Shown one piece after another: positions 38,301 through 50,200 of a stretch of 64,000 nt of DNA. The DNA lies in assembly GCA_051294905.1 (NCBI GenBank), contig CM119372.1, positions 26,476,001 through 26,540,000 on the forward strand, given 5' to 3'. Below the pieces are notes generated by a model. The model worked only from the letters and a program-made list of their open reading frames with translations. It was not told the DNA's origin and did no database searches. Within the stretch, counting starts at the first letter, position 1, and the number at the start of each line of letters is the position of its first letter. Source of the DNA: Botryllus schlosseri. Lineage: Eukaryota. The position numbers and the translations under genes were made by a program.

Positions 38301-39145
38301 ACCCCTCTCGTCTGTAGCCATACTATGTGTTTATTCAGAGTAGGCATAGGAATATCGTCGGGCCATAGGATTCTTAGAGTGGTTTGTTGCCTACTTTTCT
38401 CATGAACGACAAAGTCCCTGTGAGCTAGATTTGCAATTTTCCGACTACCAGTGATTCTACAACGCGTACAAATAATTCTACGTGTTCGTCCGCCCCTATT
38501 ATCACAATAAGTGAACCCGTTTTCCCTAATCTTCCAACGTGAGTTTCCTCCCGTTGGACTGGGCCTTGAGCAGTAGGCATTCACCTCTAGGTATTGGCTT
38601 AGAAAGTGGATGACCAACGCCTTATAGACCGTCAGCACTCGTAGGGTAGTAAATGATATAGGGAGTTCATCTTCGCCTATCACCCATCGCCAGACATGTA
38701 TTAGATCAACACCAGTACCACGTCGGTATGTTATGTCCTGTTTTATGCTTCCGGGCGTCAATTCTGGTAATATTTTTGAATTATTTCGGACACATAAACA
38801 CTCCCTCTCAAATTGTTTTGGAGATCGCCAATATTTGCCGGCTCTTGGAGACAGGATTCTGGACAACCTTTGTGAGTGGGCCTTTACGGCACCAAATTCT
38901 ATTGTATTAGCATACACGGAATAACGTCCATTTGCGCGTGACCAGTCAATTCCAATTTTTGGGAAAATCTGACTTAACGGCACTCGTTTAATACCTACAA
39001 ACTCACTAACTCGATTCCATCCTGTGTGATTAAACTCCACCACTGGCTCCGAATTTACAGCTGACAATGGGAGTAGTTCCGACGCATACGCGTGATTTAT
39101 CACACCAACACAGCACAGCAGCAATGCCCATATAATATTTGCCAT
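35378..39145 (-). CDS. Type I membrane glycoprotein paralogous to the env SU region, with a long Ser/Thr mucin-like stalk; one in-frame TAG at 36029-36031
   Basis: Signal peptide MANIIWALLLCCVGVINHAYA; blocks align by eye to 40278-42668; S/T-rich C-terminal half. The same-frame ORF 35378-36019 supplies the TM helix IIVSITLIFAVTMALL. Confidence 0.8.
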
Positions 39146-40277
39146 CTTATATTTTAATCTTAGATCTGAACAACCGAGTAAACAATGTTGTACATTAAAT
39201 AAATAATGAACATTATTTCTTATGGCTTCTTTAAGACACTTATACCAAAGGGTTCGATTTGAATCACCAAGACACTCAATGTGGGGTCAGGTAAATTTTG
39301 CCTGCAAGAAACTCATACTTCAAAATGACCGCACCCTGACAGCGATAACTCTTAGGTATTGACAAGTATGGTAACAATAATGATAGATATAGGTCCCGCC
39401 CGGCACGACCGCGGCCGTACGGGGGTATGCGAAAACAACATCTTATCCATATGAAAACATTTTTTTTTATCCAATAATATAATAAACTCGCAATCCCCGT
39501 AAACGTTGGTAATTTTAAATCGTTCAGTAACCCCGGTTGGTGTAGGTCGACTTGCACATTTATCTACTTACAGTAGACAGAGAGCATGTGTAGAGTTCTG
39601 TTAGGACCTGAGGTACGCGATGCAGCCAGTCTGAGCTAAACTAGAGCGTTGTTGGCTGAAGGCTAACATTGTCAACTATCCTATGTGAGTGAACGATCTC
39701 GTTGTCCGGTTACGCAACGCCGGATTTTCGTGAAAATCTGATTGTACTCCGCGCTTTCAGCAGGCCCTAGCTAACCATTAGAGCAGCAGACACACTCAAA
39801 TCCTATTGAGGAAACCTGTGGATTAGGTCGGAATGACCAGGGAAAGTAAAGTCCTGTATTTATTGCCAGACGGATCAATTAGGGGATCGTACTTCTCGTT
39901 GGCCAAGTATTCTGCAAGTATGTATGTCGGGATAGCACTAAATTAGTTGATACAGCTGCATGGAATACCTGAATAGATTACCCCAAGTGTATTTTATATG
40001 CTTAAATCTACAATTTTGGCTGTATAGGCTGACGCTCTTTAGCGCTTCAGTACCTTGCAAGCGCACATCTATGTTAGTGACGAGCACGGTCGCAACTAAC
40101 ACCAATAGGTTCATTTTGGGACTCAAATGTTAAAACTAACAATTTTACTTTACTCAGGGCCAGATCATTATTGACAACATACAGTCCGTAAATCTCAAAC
40201 ACACTTACAAATATACACACAATTGAAATACGAGAGTTAGCCGTGGCCCTACCTTCAAGTATAAGCCGGGCACGATA

Positions 40278-42668
40278 TCAGTAGCCGAGATTTCCAAACC
40301 TATCGGGATTCTTTGCAATTCGCCGCGCAGTTTTTGATGGATTCATTAAGGTCACATAAACTTCCATTTCCGATTTGTTGTTACGCTGTCTTATCGTATT
40401 TCGGGATCTCTTCTTTTTTGGAAAACAAACTGGGTATAATTTAACAATCAAAAATAACGTGACTAGAATTACAGCAATGATGATAATGGGTGTTATGAGG
40501 GGTTTGAATATGGCACCCAATCCTGACCCAAAGATGCCGGTAATACCCTCGATCCCTTGAGAAATAATATCCCCAGCCCCAGAAGCTAAAGACTTTAAAA
40601 TTACACCAGTCCCGTTTGTGGCACTTTTCACTGCGTCGCCGAAATCATCAAAGAACTCTTCCCCGATTATACGATTCAAATGAGCAAAGCTGACATTATC
40701 ATGTTCTAAATTTGTAGTGTTGATGTAAACACTATGGTTCACCTCTTTTTGCCAACGTTCTATTTCGACTTCCGCCTGGTTGTCAATGGCTTCTATTTCT
40801 CTCCGTGTGGCTTGTAGTTCCAACGCTTGGCTCTGAGAAACATTCACATATTCATTCTTTAATTTGACAATTTTTTCAGCAATTTCACGTAGACTTAGGA
40901 TCCCTGACTTTATTCGTACGGCATAAGCTTTGTTCTTGTCGAATAGGGGTTTTGCCGTTAGGTTCTGTAGTTGTTGCATAACTAATTGGTTAAGGGAAAG
41001 TTCAGCAATCGACATTTCTTGAACGGTCTGGATAGTGGACAAATGGCTATCTACCTGAGAAATTATCATATTTCGGTTGTTCCAAATCATACTTGTGATT
41101 GTTTGGAGTCTTGCCTCAGTTACCGCCCCCTTACGTAGATTAGTTACAATCAATTCATTGAGCTTTTGAGCTCGAGCTACTCCTATGAGCGAGAGGTCAT
41201 TCAATCCGTCTGCCACTGTTTTCAGATCACTTTCAATTTTAGTAAACCTCGCGTTCATCTGAAAAGTCAAGTCGTCCATGTTGCGGTTTATCATGCTTTC
41301 AAGGTTAGAAGTGATAGCCAAGCTTAGAATCGTCGAAAAAGCCAGTACGAATAATGAGAAGAATAATCTCTTTCGTCTCCCCTTTCCTCCTGGAAGATTA
41401 GGATCCCTAGTTTCCAAATCAGTTTTGCGACCTCCTAATACGACAAGCGGTTTCCCAGGGTACCTTTTTAGATTGGCCTGGGAATCATATATTACTTGGT
41501 CCCAATAGGCCAGTTTCATATGTAAACTTCCCACAGGATCTTTACAGATTGCCTTGTTTCCTCGTATTCGTCTGACACATCGTTGATCTTCTTTTAGTAA
41601 TGAAGGATACAGCCGGTATATTGGCAGTCCTCCAGCAATTTTTGTAGGTATCTGTGAATCCCTGTAGTTCGTTCCGTACTTGTTAGGGTAGGAGGGAAAA
41701 ACCCAAACTATCTCTTCTGGTAAGGTTGGTTTGTCCCCGACTATGGCATTTGACCATACGGGCGTAGAAGGGTGATAGTTGTGTATACCTGGAGTAAAAT
41801 CCATTTCAATGTTCAATGACGTCCTTAGATTTCTAGTTTCGTCTTCTTCCTGAATGATAATCTTGTTAGGATGGGGTCGATAGGCAATGACCAATCCGCG
41901 AAAAGAGCAGGTAGTGCAACGCAGCATCTGTAGCAAGCGAACACAATCTACCAGATCTGTAGAATTATCATTGTAGACATTCCTTTCCTTCATAATCTCT
42001 TCATTCGCCACCGTATCGGTGACACAGTTTATTTTAACACTCGAATATGTGGCAAACATTTTTAAGGCCTTTAGTTTGTACTTCATGATGGCTATTTGAA
42101 ATAGCCCTCGAGGATTCCACCCCCTTACGGTTGAGTCATCGATTTTCCATCGCCATGCTAACCGGAAGTCATTTCCGGTAGGCACTATATATGTTCTCTC
42201 TGACTCCAGGGCTTTTAAGTCCAAATCTGGGGTGATATATGCCTTTTGACGCCTACATGTGCATGTGTTTTCAAACGCATTTATGTCATCCCAATAATGT
42301 CCGGTTGGATACATGTATTCTTGAAACGTGACCCTCTCAGCCTTGACATAGCCAAACGTCGATGAGAAAAACAGACCCGGGTTTGTAAAATTGTGAGTCG
42401 TGTTTCTTATTTCCCAGCACTTTGCTAGCGAAATAAACTCCCACGGTGACGACTCCAATTTAGCCCAATCTTTAGGAAACTCTCTGGGTAATTTTCCAAA
42501 CTGGGCCTGAGTTATAGTTCTAGCTCTGTCCTCATAGTTGGGTAAGGTGCTTGATGTGGTCGTTATATTGCTTGCAGGTATTGTCGTTCCTTCCGCCCAA
42601 GACAGTAACAAAGCAGATGTATGAAGCAGCATACAACCGTAATGACCAATAAAAGAAACGCTGACCAT
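40278..42668 (-). CDS. env: Env-like class I viral fusion glycoprotein (796 aa, intact)
   Basis: N-terminal signal peptide; many N-X-S/T sites; furin site GRRKR directly followed by hydrophobic LFFSLFVLAFSTILSLAI; heptad-repeat helices; Gly-rich membrane-proximal region; TM PIIIIAVILVTLFLIV; basic tail. Confidence 0.85.
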   Translation of the reverse strand: MVSVSFIGHYGCMLLHTSALLLSWAEGTTIPASNITTTSSTLPNYEDRARTITQAQFGKLPREFPKDWAKLESSPWEFISLAKCWEIRNTTHNFTNPGLFFSSTFGYVKAERVTFQEYMYPTGHYWDDINAFENTCTCRRQKAYITPDLDLKALESERTYIVPTGNDFRLAWRWKIDDSTVRGWNPRGLFQIAIMKYKLKALKMFATYSSVKINCVTDTVANEEIMKERNVYNDNSTDLVDCVRLLQMLRCTTCSFRGLVIAYRPHPNKIIIQEEDETRNLRTSLNIEMDFTPGIHNYHPSTPVWSNAIVGDKPTLPEEIVWVFPSYPNKYGTNYRDSQIPTKIAGGLPIYRLYPSLLKEDQRCVRRIRGNKAICKDPVGSLHMKLAYWDQVIYDSQANLKRYPGKPLVVLGGRKTDLETRDPNLPGGKGRRKRLFFSLFVLAFSTILSLAITSNLESMINRNMDDLTFQMNARFTKIESDLKTVADGLNDLSLIGVARAQKLNELIVTNLRKGAVTEARLQTITSMIWNNRNMIISQVDSHLSTIQTVQEMSIAELSLNQLVMQQLQNLTAKPLFDKNKAYAVRIKSGILSLREIAEKIVKLKNEYVNVSQSQALELQATRREIEAIDNQAEVEIERWQKEVNHSVYINTTNLEHDNVSFAHLNRIIGEEFFDDFGDAVKSATNGTGVILKSLASGAGDIISQGIEGITGIFGSGLGAIFKPLITPIIIIAVILVTLFLIVKLYPVCFPKKKRSRNTIRQRNNKSEMEVYVTLMNPSKTARRIAKNPDRFGNLGY

Positions 42669-42955
42669 TGTGCAGGCACGGGTACGTCAGGAAAATTCAT
42701 TAATTATCAAATTTGGCAATATGTGTAATTCTATCAGTCTGTAAAAGTAGGAACAGGGTTAGACCTGTCTCTTCTAGGTTCTACAGATACTCTTGATCGA
42801 TCAGTTAATTTAATTGTTTAGTCATGAGATGTAAACGTTCTACCTAGGCAACATGGTACATATTTTCGGGAAAGAGAGAAAAGTTGACGTCATACGTCAG
42901 TCCGGTGTTTGTTTGTGCAAGCAGGTTTGGCCTAGGAAGGTCCGGATATTCGGTT

Positions 42956-43981
42956 CTAGGTGCAAGTAGCCTGTCGCATGTCAAACCGCGGATCTTCGCG
43001 TTTGGATTTCAACAAAGCCGCAAATACATTACTCCTGCCATATCGCCGTTTATATAACCATTCATCAACGTACTCTTGCAGAAGATGCCTTGCTAAACCT
43101 CTTGAGCGCCTCAAGTGGTATTTCAGGCTACTCCATTGGGCCTCCTGATCATTAGAATGAACAAAGGCTTGAGAAACGAACCCAATTGAATGATCCACGG
43201 ATCTGTGTTGATAATCCTGGCCCCACTGCTCTATTCCATTGTAGGACGGGTAACAATCTGTCACTATGGTAGAGCCTCTGGCTATATTTTCGACGAGGAT
43301 ACGTTTCATGACCTCTGCAGTCCTGTCTGCCGTTATTTCCGCGAACATTTCTCCCGTCGTCCGGTCAGTGCCACCTACAACCCAAATAGCCTTTCTAGCG
43401 GCCTGGCCCCCGGCCACGCCACGGCGGCGCTTAGCTAGATGGGATTCATCAACTACCACAGTTCTCTGATAGCCCCCCAGTTTCTTCGTATGGCGTCGTA
43501 CGTCTGCTGCGCACACCCGTCGTAAATGGCCAGACCATACCACGATTGATCGAGGGCTAATTTCGGATTCGTGCGAGATGTGATTTTGGACACTATCATC
43601 TGCCCAAAAATACGATATTATAAGTAATTCAGGGAGTCCAACCTTGCTGTTGTTGAATAGTGACCATTTTCGTATAGTACTCGTCGTGCGGCAGTCTTTA
43701 TCCCGACAACGAAACCTCCACCCGTCATCCATAGTACGCGTCCGTTCCTCCACCATCGGGGCTGAGCACCTTTGACAATCCATTTGCCGAGCCAATAATC
43801 CCTGACTCCTCAAGAACATGATGCAATCCCGATTGTTTAGCAGAATTCCAGATTGGGCCAGGCGCAGAACGTTGTGAGGTACTCCTGATGCTTCTGTAAT
43901 ATTAAGACGGCAAAGATACACGTATTTGTATGATATTTCCCTTTTAACCGAACGTATAATGTAGCCGGCATGCCTCTGCAC
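42956..43981 (-). CDS. Merlin / IS1595 (ISXO2-like) DDE transposase, intact; first ATG at 43819
   Basis: Zn ribbon CQRC...RCRDKDC, SIR-like TIRKWSLF, LGG..VVVDES, WVVGG, I..GSTIVTDCYPSY, HRSVDHS..FV, HSNDQEAQWSSLK, LQEYVDEWLYKRR. Confidence 0.93.
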   Translation of the reverse strand: MQRHAGYIIRSVKREISYKYVYLCRLNITEASGVPHNVLRLAQSGILLNNRDCIMFLRSQGLLARQMDCQRCSAPMVEERTRTMDDGWRFRCRDKDCRTTSTIRKWSLFNNSKVGLPELLIISYFWADDSVQNHISHESEISPRSIVVWSGHLRRVCAADVRRHTKKLGGYQRTVVVDESHLAKRRRGVAGGQAARKAIWVVGGTDRTTGEMFAEITADRTAEVMKRILVENIARGSTIVTDCYPSYNGIEQWGQDYQHRSVDHSIGFVSQAFVHSNDQEAQWSSLKYHLRRSRGLARHLLQEYVDEWLYKRRYGRSNVFAALLKSKREDPRFDMRQATCT

Positions 43982-44239
43982 AAAATGTTACATTTTTAGG
44001 TTTGAAGGTTTGCTCGCAAGCGCCCACTCCAGTCGTCATTTCTGGATTTGGCAAATCCACGTTTTAACATCCTAGGGCTTATAATACACCTGTTCCATAT
44101 GGGTCGTACTACTCAATCCACCCGCTAATTTTCCATTTATGTGCAACATTTTCACGTATATAGTGCAACACTTCAATATCTACACTCAGTGTTCCCATTA
44201 TACCCCGTTATTGGTTACGGCCTTTAATTCACTTGTACC

Positions 44240-47200
44240 AAGATTTCTCTATGTTCTCGAAGTCTTAGAGCTACAATTCCGGTGTCAGATTGTATAACTC
44301 TGAAAGTTACATCGATTGCACGCAATAACTTTTCCCTGGCTATTGTACTTAGAGAGATGTTGGCATACTTAGACATTTTGGGTTGTATGAAATTGACCAA
44401 GATTTCTCTATGTTCCCGAAGACCTGGAGCTACAATTCTGGGATCAGATTGTATAACTCTAAAAGTTACATCGATTGCACGCAATAACTTTTCCCTGGCT
44501 ATTGTACTTAGAGAGATGTTGGCATATTTCGACATTTTAGGGTGTATGAAATTGACCAAGACTTCTCTATGTACCCGAAGGCCTAGAGCTATAATTCCGG
44601 CATCAGATTGTATAACTCTAAAAGTTACATCGATTGCACGCAATAACTTTTCCCTGGCTATTGTACTTAGAGAGATATTGGCATATTTCGACATTTTGGA
44701 GGGTAGGAAATTGACCAAGATTTCTCTATGTTCCCAGGGGCCTAGAGCTACAATTCCGGTATCAGATTGTATAACTCTAAAAGTTACATCGATTGCACGT
44801 AATAACTTTTCCCTGGCTATTGTACTTAGAGCGATATTGGCATATTTCGACATTTTGGGGGTATGGAATTGACCAAAATTTCTCTATGTTCCCAAAGGCC
44901 TGGAGCTACAATTCCGGTATCAGATTGTATAACTCTAAAAGTTACATCGATTGCACGCAAAAACTTTTCCCTGGCTATTGTACTTAGAGAGATATTGGCA
45001 TATTTCGACATTTTAGGGGGTATGAAATTGACCAAGATTTCTTTATATTCCCGAAGGCCTAGAGCTTCAATTCCGGTATTAGATTGCATAACTCTAAAAG
45101 TTACATCGATTGCACGCATCCACCTTTCCCAGGCTATTGTACTTAGAGAGATATTGGCATATTTCGACATTTTTGGGGGTATGAAATGGACCAAGATTTC
45201 TCTATGTTCCCGAAGGCCTGGAGCTACAATTCCAGTATCAGATTGTATAACTCTAAAAGTTACATCGATTGCACGCAAAAACTTTTCCCTGGCTATTGTA
45301 CTTGGAGAGATATTGGCATATCTCGACATTTTCGGGGGTAGGAAATTGACCAAGATGTCTCTATGTTCCCGAGGGCCTAGAGCTACAATTCCGGTATCAG
45401 ATTGTATAACTCTAAAATTTACATCGATTGCACGCAATAACTTTTCCCTGGCTAATGTACTTAGAGAGATATTGGCATACTTAGACATTTTTGGGTTATG
45501 AAATTGACCAAGATTTCTCTATGTTCCCGAAGGCCAAGAGCTACAATTCCAGTATCAGATTGTATAACTCTGAAAATTACATCGATTGCACGCAATAACT
45601 TTTCCCTGGCTATTGTACTTAGAGCGATATTGGCATATTTCGACATTTTGGGGGTATGAAATGGACCAAGATTTCTCTATGTTCCCGAAGGCCTGGAGCT
45701 ACAATTCCAGTATCAGATTGTATAACTCTAAAAGTTACATCGATTGCACGCAAAAACTTTTCCATGTCTATTGTACTTGGAGAGATATTGGCATATTTCC
45801 TCATTTTGGGGGGTATGAAACTGACCAAGATTTCTCTATGTTCCCGAAGGCCTGGAGCTACAATTCCGGTATCAGATTGTATAACTCTAAAAGTTACATC
45901 GATTGCACGCAATAACTTTTTCCTGGCTATTGTACTTAGATAGATATTGGCATATTTCGACATTTTGAGGGGTATGAAATTGACCAAGATTTCTCTATGT
46001 TCTCGAAGTCTTAGAGCTACAATTCCGGTGTCAGATTGTATAACTCTGAAAGTTACATCGATTGCACGCAATAACTTTTCCCTGGCTATTGTACTTAGAG
46101 AGATGTTGGCATACTTAGACATTTTGGGTTGTACGAAATTGACCAAGATTTCTCTATGTTCCCGAAGATCTGGAGCTACAATTCTGGGATCAGATTGTAT
46201 AACTCTAAAAGTTACATCGATTGCACGCAATAACTTTTCCCTGGCTATTGTACTTAGAGAGATATTGGCATATTTCGACATTTTGGGGGGTATGAAATTG
46301 ACGAAGATTTCTCTATGTTCCCGAAGATCTGGAGCTACAATTCCAGTATCAGATTGTATAACTCTAAAAGTTACATCGATTGCACGCAATAACTTTTCCC
46401 TGGCTATTGTACTTAGAGCGATATGGGCATATTTCGACATTTTGGGGGGTATGGAATTGACCAAGATTTCTCTATGTACCCGAAGGCCTAGAGTCACAAT
46501 TCCGGTATCAGATTGTATAACTCTAAAAGTTACATCGATTGCACGCAATAACTTTTCCCTGGCAATTGTACTTAGAGAGATATTGGCATACTTAGACATT
46601 TTGGGGGGTATGAAATTGACCAAGATTTCTCTATGTTCCCGAAGGCCTAGAGCTACAATTCCGGTATCAGAGTGTCTAACTCTAAAAGTTACATCGATTG
46701 CACGCAAAAACTTTTCCCTGGCTATTGTACTTAGAGAGATATTGGCATATTTCGACATTTTAGGGGGTATGAAATTGACCAAGATTTCTTTATATTCCCG
46801 AAGGCCTAGAGCTTCAATTCCGGTATTAGATTGCATAACTCTAAAAGTTACATCGATTGCACGCATCCACCTTTCCCAGGCTATTGTACTTAGAGAGATG
46901 TTGGCATATTTCGACATTTTAGGGTGTATGAAATTGACCAAGACTTCTCTATGTACCCGAAGGCCTAGAGCTATAATTCCGGCATCAGATTGTATAACTC
47001 TAAAAGTTACATCGATTGCACGCAATAACTTTTCCCTGGCTATTGTACTTAGAGAGATATTGGCATATTTCGACATTTTGGAGGGTAGGAAATTGACCAA
47101 GATTTCTCTATGTTCCCAGGGGCCTAGAGCTACAATTCCGGTATCAGATTGTATAACTCTAAAAGTTACATCGATTGCACGTAATAACTTTTCCCTGGCT

Positions 47201-50200
47201 ATTGTACTTAGAGCGATATTGGCATATTTCGACATTTTGGGGGTATGGAATTGACCAAAATTTCTCTATGTTCCCAAAGGCCTGGAGCTACAATTCCGGT
47301 ATCAGATTGTATAACTCTAAAAGTTACATCGATTGCACGCATCCACCTTTCCCAGGCTATTGTACTTAGAGAGATATTGGCATATTTCGACATTTTAGGG
47401 GGTATGAATTTGACCAAGATTTCTTTATATTCCCGAAGGCCTAGAGCTTCAATTCCGGTATCAGATTGTATAACTCTAAAAGTTACATCGATTGCACGCA
47501 TCCACCTTTCCCAGGCTATTGTACTTAGAGAGATATTGGCATATTTCGACATTTTTGGGGGTATGAAATGGACCAAGATTTCTCTATGTTCCCGAAGGCC
47601 TGGAGCTACAATTCCAGTATCAGATTGTATAACTCTAAAAGTTACATCGATTGCACGCAAAAACTTTTCCCTGGCTATTGTACTTGGAAAGATATTGGCA
47701 TATCTCGACATTTTCGGGGGTAGGAAATTGACCAAGATGTCTCTATGTTCCCGAGGGCCTAGAGCTACAATTCCGGTATCAGATTGTATAACTCTAAAAT
47801 TTACATCGATTGCACGCAATAACTTTTCCCTGGCTAATGTACTTAGAGAGATATTGGCATACTTAGACATTTTTGGGTTATGAAATTGACCAAGATTTCT
47901 CTATGTTCCCGAAGGCCAAGAGCTACAATTCCAGTATCAGATTGTATAACTCTGAAAATTACATCGATTGCACGCAATAACTTTTCCCTGGCTATTGTAC
48001 TTAGAGAGATATTGGCATATTTCGACATTTTGGGGGGTAGGAAATTGACCAAGATTTCTCTATGTTCCCAGGGGCCTAGAGCTACAATTCCGGTATCAGA
48101 TTGTATAACTCTAAAAGTTACATCGATTGCACGCAATAACTTTTCCCTGGCTATTGTACTTAGAGCGATATTGGCATATTTCGACATTTTGGGGGTATGA
48201 AATGGACCAAGATTTCTCTATGTTCCCGAAGGCCTGGAGCTACAATTCCAGTATCAGATTGTATAACTCTAAAAGTTACATCGATTGCACGCAAAAACTT
48301 TTCCATGTCTATTGTACTTGGAGAGATATTGGCATATTTCCTCATTTTGGGGGGTATGAAACTGACCAAGATTTCTCTATGTTCCCGAAGGCCTGGAGCT
48401 ACAATTCCGGTATCAGATTGTATAACTCTAAAAGTTACATCGATTGCACGCAATAACTTTTTCCTGGCTATTGTACTTAGATAGATATTGGCATATTTCG
48501 ACATTTTGAGGGGTATGAAATTGACCAAGATTTCTCTATGTTCTCGAAGTCTTAGAGCTACAATTCCGGTGTCAGATTGTATAACTCTGAAAGTTACATC
48601 GATTGCACGCAATAACTTTTCCCTGGCTATTGTACTTAGAGAGATGTTGGCATACTTAGACATTTTGGGTTGTATGAAATTGACCAAGATTTCTCTATGT
48701 TCCCGAAGATCTGGAGCTACAATTCTGGGATCAGATTGTATAACTCTAAAAGTTACATCGATTGCACGCAATAACTTTTCCCTGGCTATTGTACTTAGAG
48801 AGATATTGGCATATTTCGACATTTTGGGGGGTATGAAATTGACGAAGATTTCTCTATGTTCCCGAAGATCTGGAGCTACAATTCCAGTATCAGATTGTAT
48901 AACTCTAAAAGTTACATCGATTGCACGCAATAACTTTTCCCTGGCTATTGTACTTAGAGCGATATGGGCATATTTCGACATTTTGGGGGGTATGGAATTG
49001 ACCAAGATTTCTCTATGTACCCGAAGGCCTAGAGTCACAATTCCGGTATCAGATTGTATAACTCTAAAATTTACATCGATTGCACGCAATAACTTTTCCC
49101 TGGCAATTGTACTTAGAGAGATATTGGCATACTTAGACATTTTGGGGGGTATGAAATTGACCAAGATTTCTCTATGTTCCCGAAGGCCTAGAGCTACAAT
49201 TCCGGTATCAGATTGTATAACTCTGAAAGTTACATCGATTGCACGCAATAACTTTTCCCTGGCTATTGTACTTAGAGAGATATTGGCATACTTAGACATT
49301 TTGGGGGGTATGAAATTGACCAAGATTTCTCTATGTTCCCGAAGGCCAAGAGCTACAATTCCGGTATCAGATTGTATAACTCTGAAAGTTACATCGATTG
49401 CAAGCAATATCTTTTCCCTGGCTATTGTACTTAGAGAGATATTGGCATACTTAGACATTTTGGAGAGTATGAAAATGACCAAGATTTCTCTATGTTCCCG
49501 AAGGCCTAGAGCTACAATTCCGGTATCAGATTGTATAACTCGGAAATTTACATCGATTGCACGCAATAACTTTTCCCTGGCTATTGTACTTAGAGAGATA
49601 GTGGCATACTTAGACATTTTGGGGGGTATGAAATTGACCAAGATTTCTCAATGTCCCCGAAGACCTGGAGCTACAATTCCAGTATCAGATTGTATAACTC
49701 TAAAAGTTACATCGATTGCACGCAATAACTTTTCCTTGGCTATTGTACTTAGAGAGATATTGGCATATCTCGACATTTTCGGGGGTAGGAAATTGACCAA
49801 GATGTCTCTATGTTCCCGAGGGCCTAGAGCTACAATTCCGGTATCAGATTGTATAACTCTAAAATTTACATCGATTGCACGCAATAACTTTTCCCTGGCT
49901 AATGTACTTAGAGAGATATTGGCATACTTAGACATTTTGGGGTGTATGAAATTCACCAAGATTTCTCTATGTTCCCGAAGGCCTAGAGCTACAATTCCGG
50001 TATCAGATTGTATAACTCTGAAAGTTACACCGATTGCACGCAATAACTTTTCCCTGGCTATTGTACTTAGAGAGATATTGGCATACTTAGACATTTTGGG
50101 GGGTATGAAATTGACCAAGATTTCTCTATGCTCCCGAAGGCCTAGAGCAGTGGTTCTCAACCGCCGGTCCGCGGACCGGTGCCGGTCCGCGACGACTTTA

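Larger units (their letters stand above)
12578..44239 (-). mobile_element. 31.7-kb composite element: Merlin-type transposase, two env-like glycoproteins and an integrase-less gag-pro-RT-RNase H cassette
   Basis: 8-bp TSD AAGATTTC at 12570-12577 and 44240-44247. Termini GGAAC... and ...GTACC both fit the Merlin 5'-GGNRM pattern. Removing the insert restores a specific satellite monomer variant that is intact at ~45966-46020. All major ORFs are co-oriented. Confidence 0.85.

Noticed and set aside
42956..43981. Bacterial IS1595 or contamination
   Set aside because: The flanks are eukaryotic (satellite, spliced transposase gene, U2 fragment), and Merlin is the eukaryotic branch of this family.
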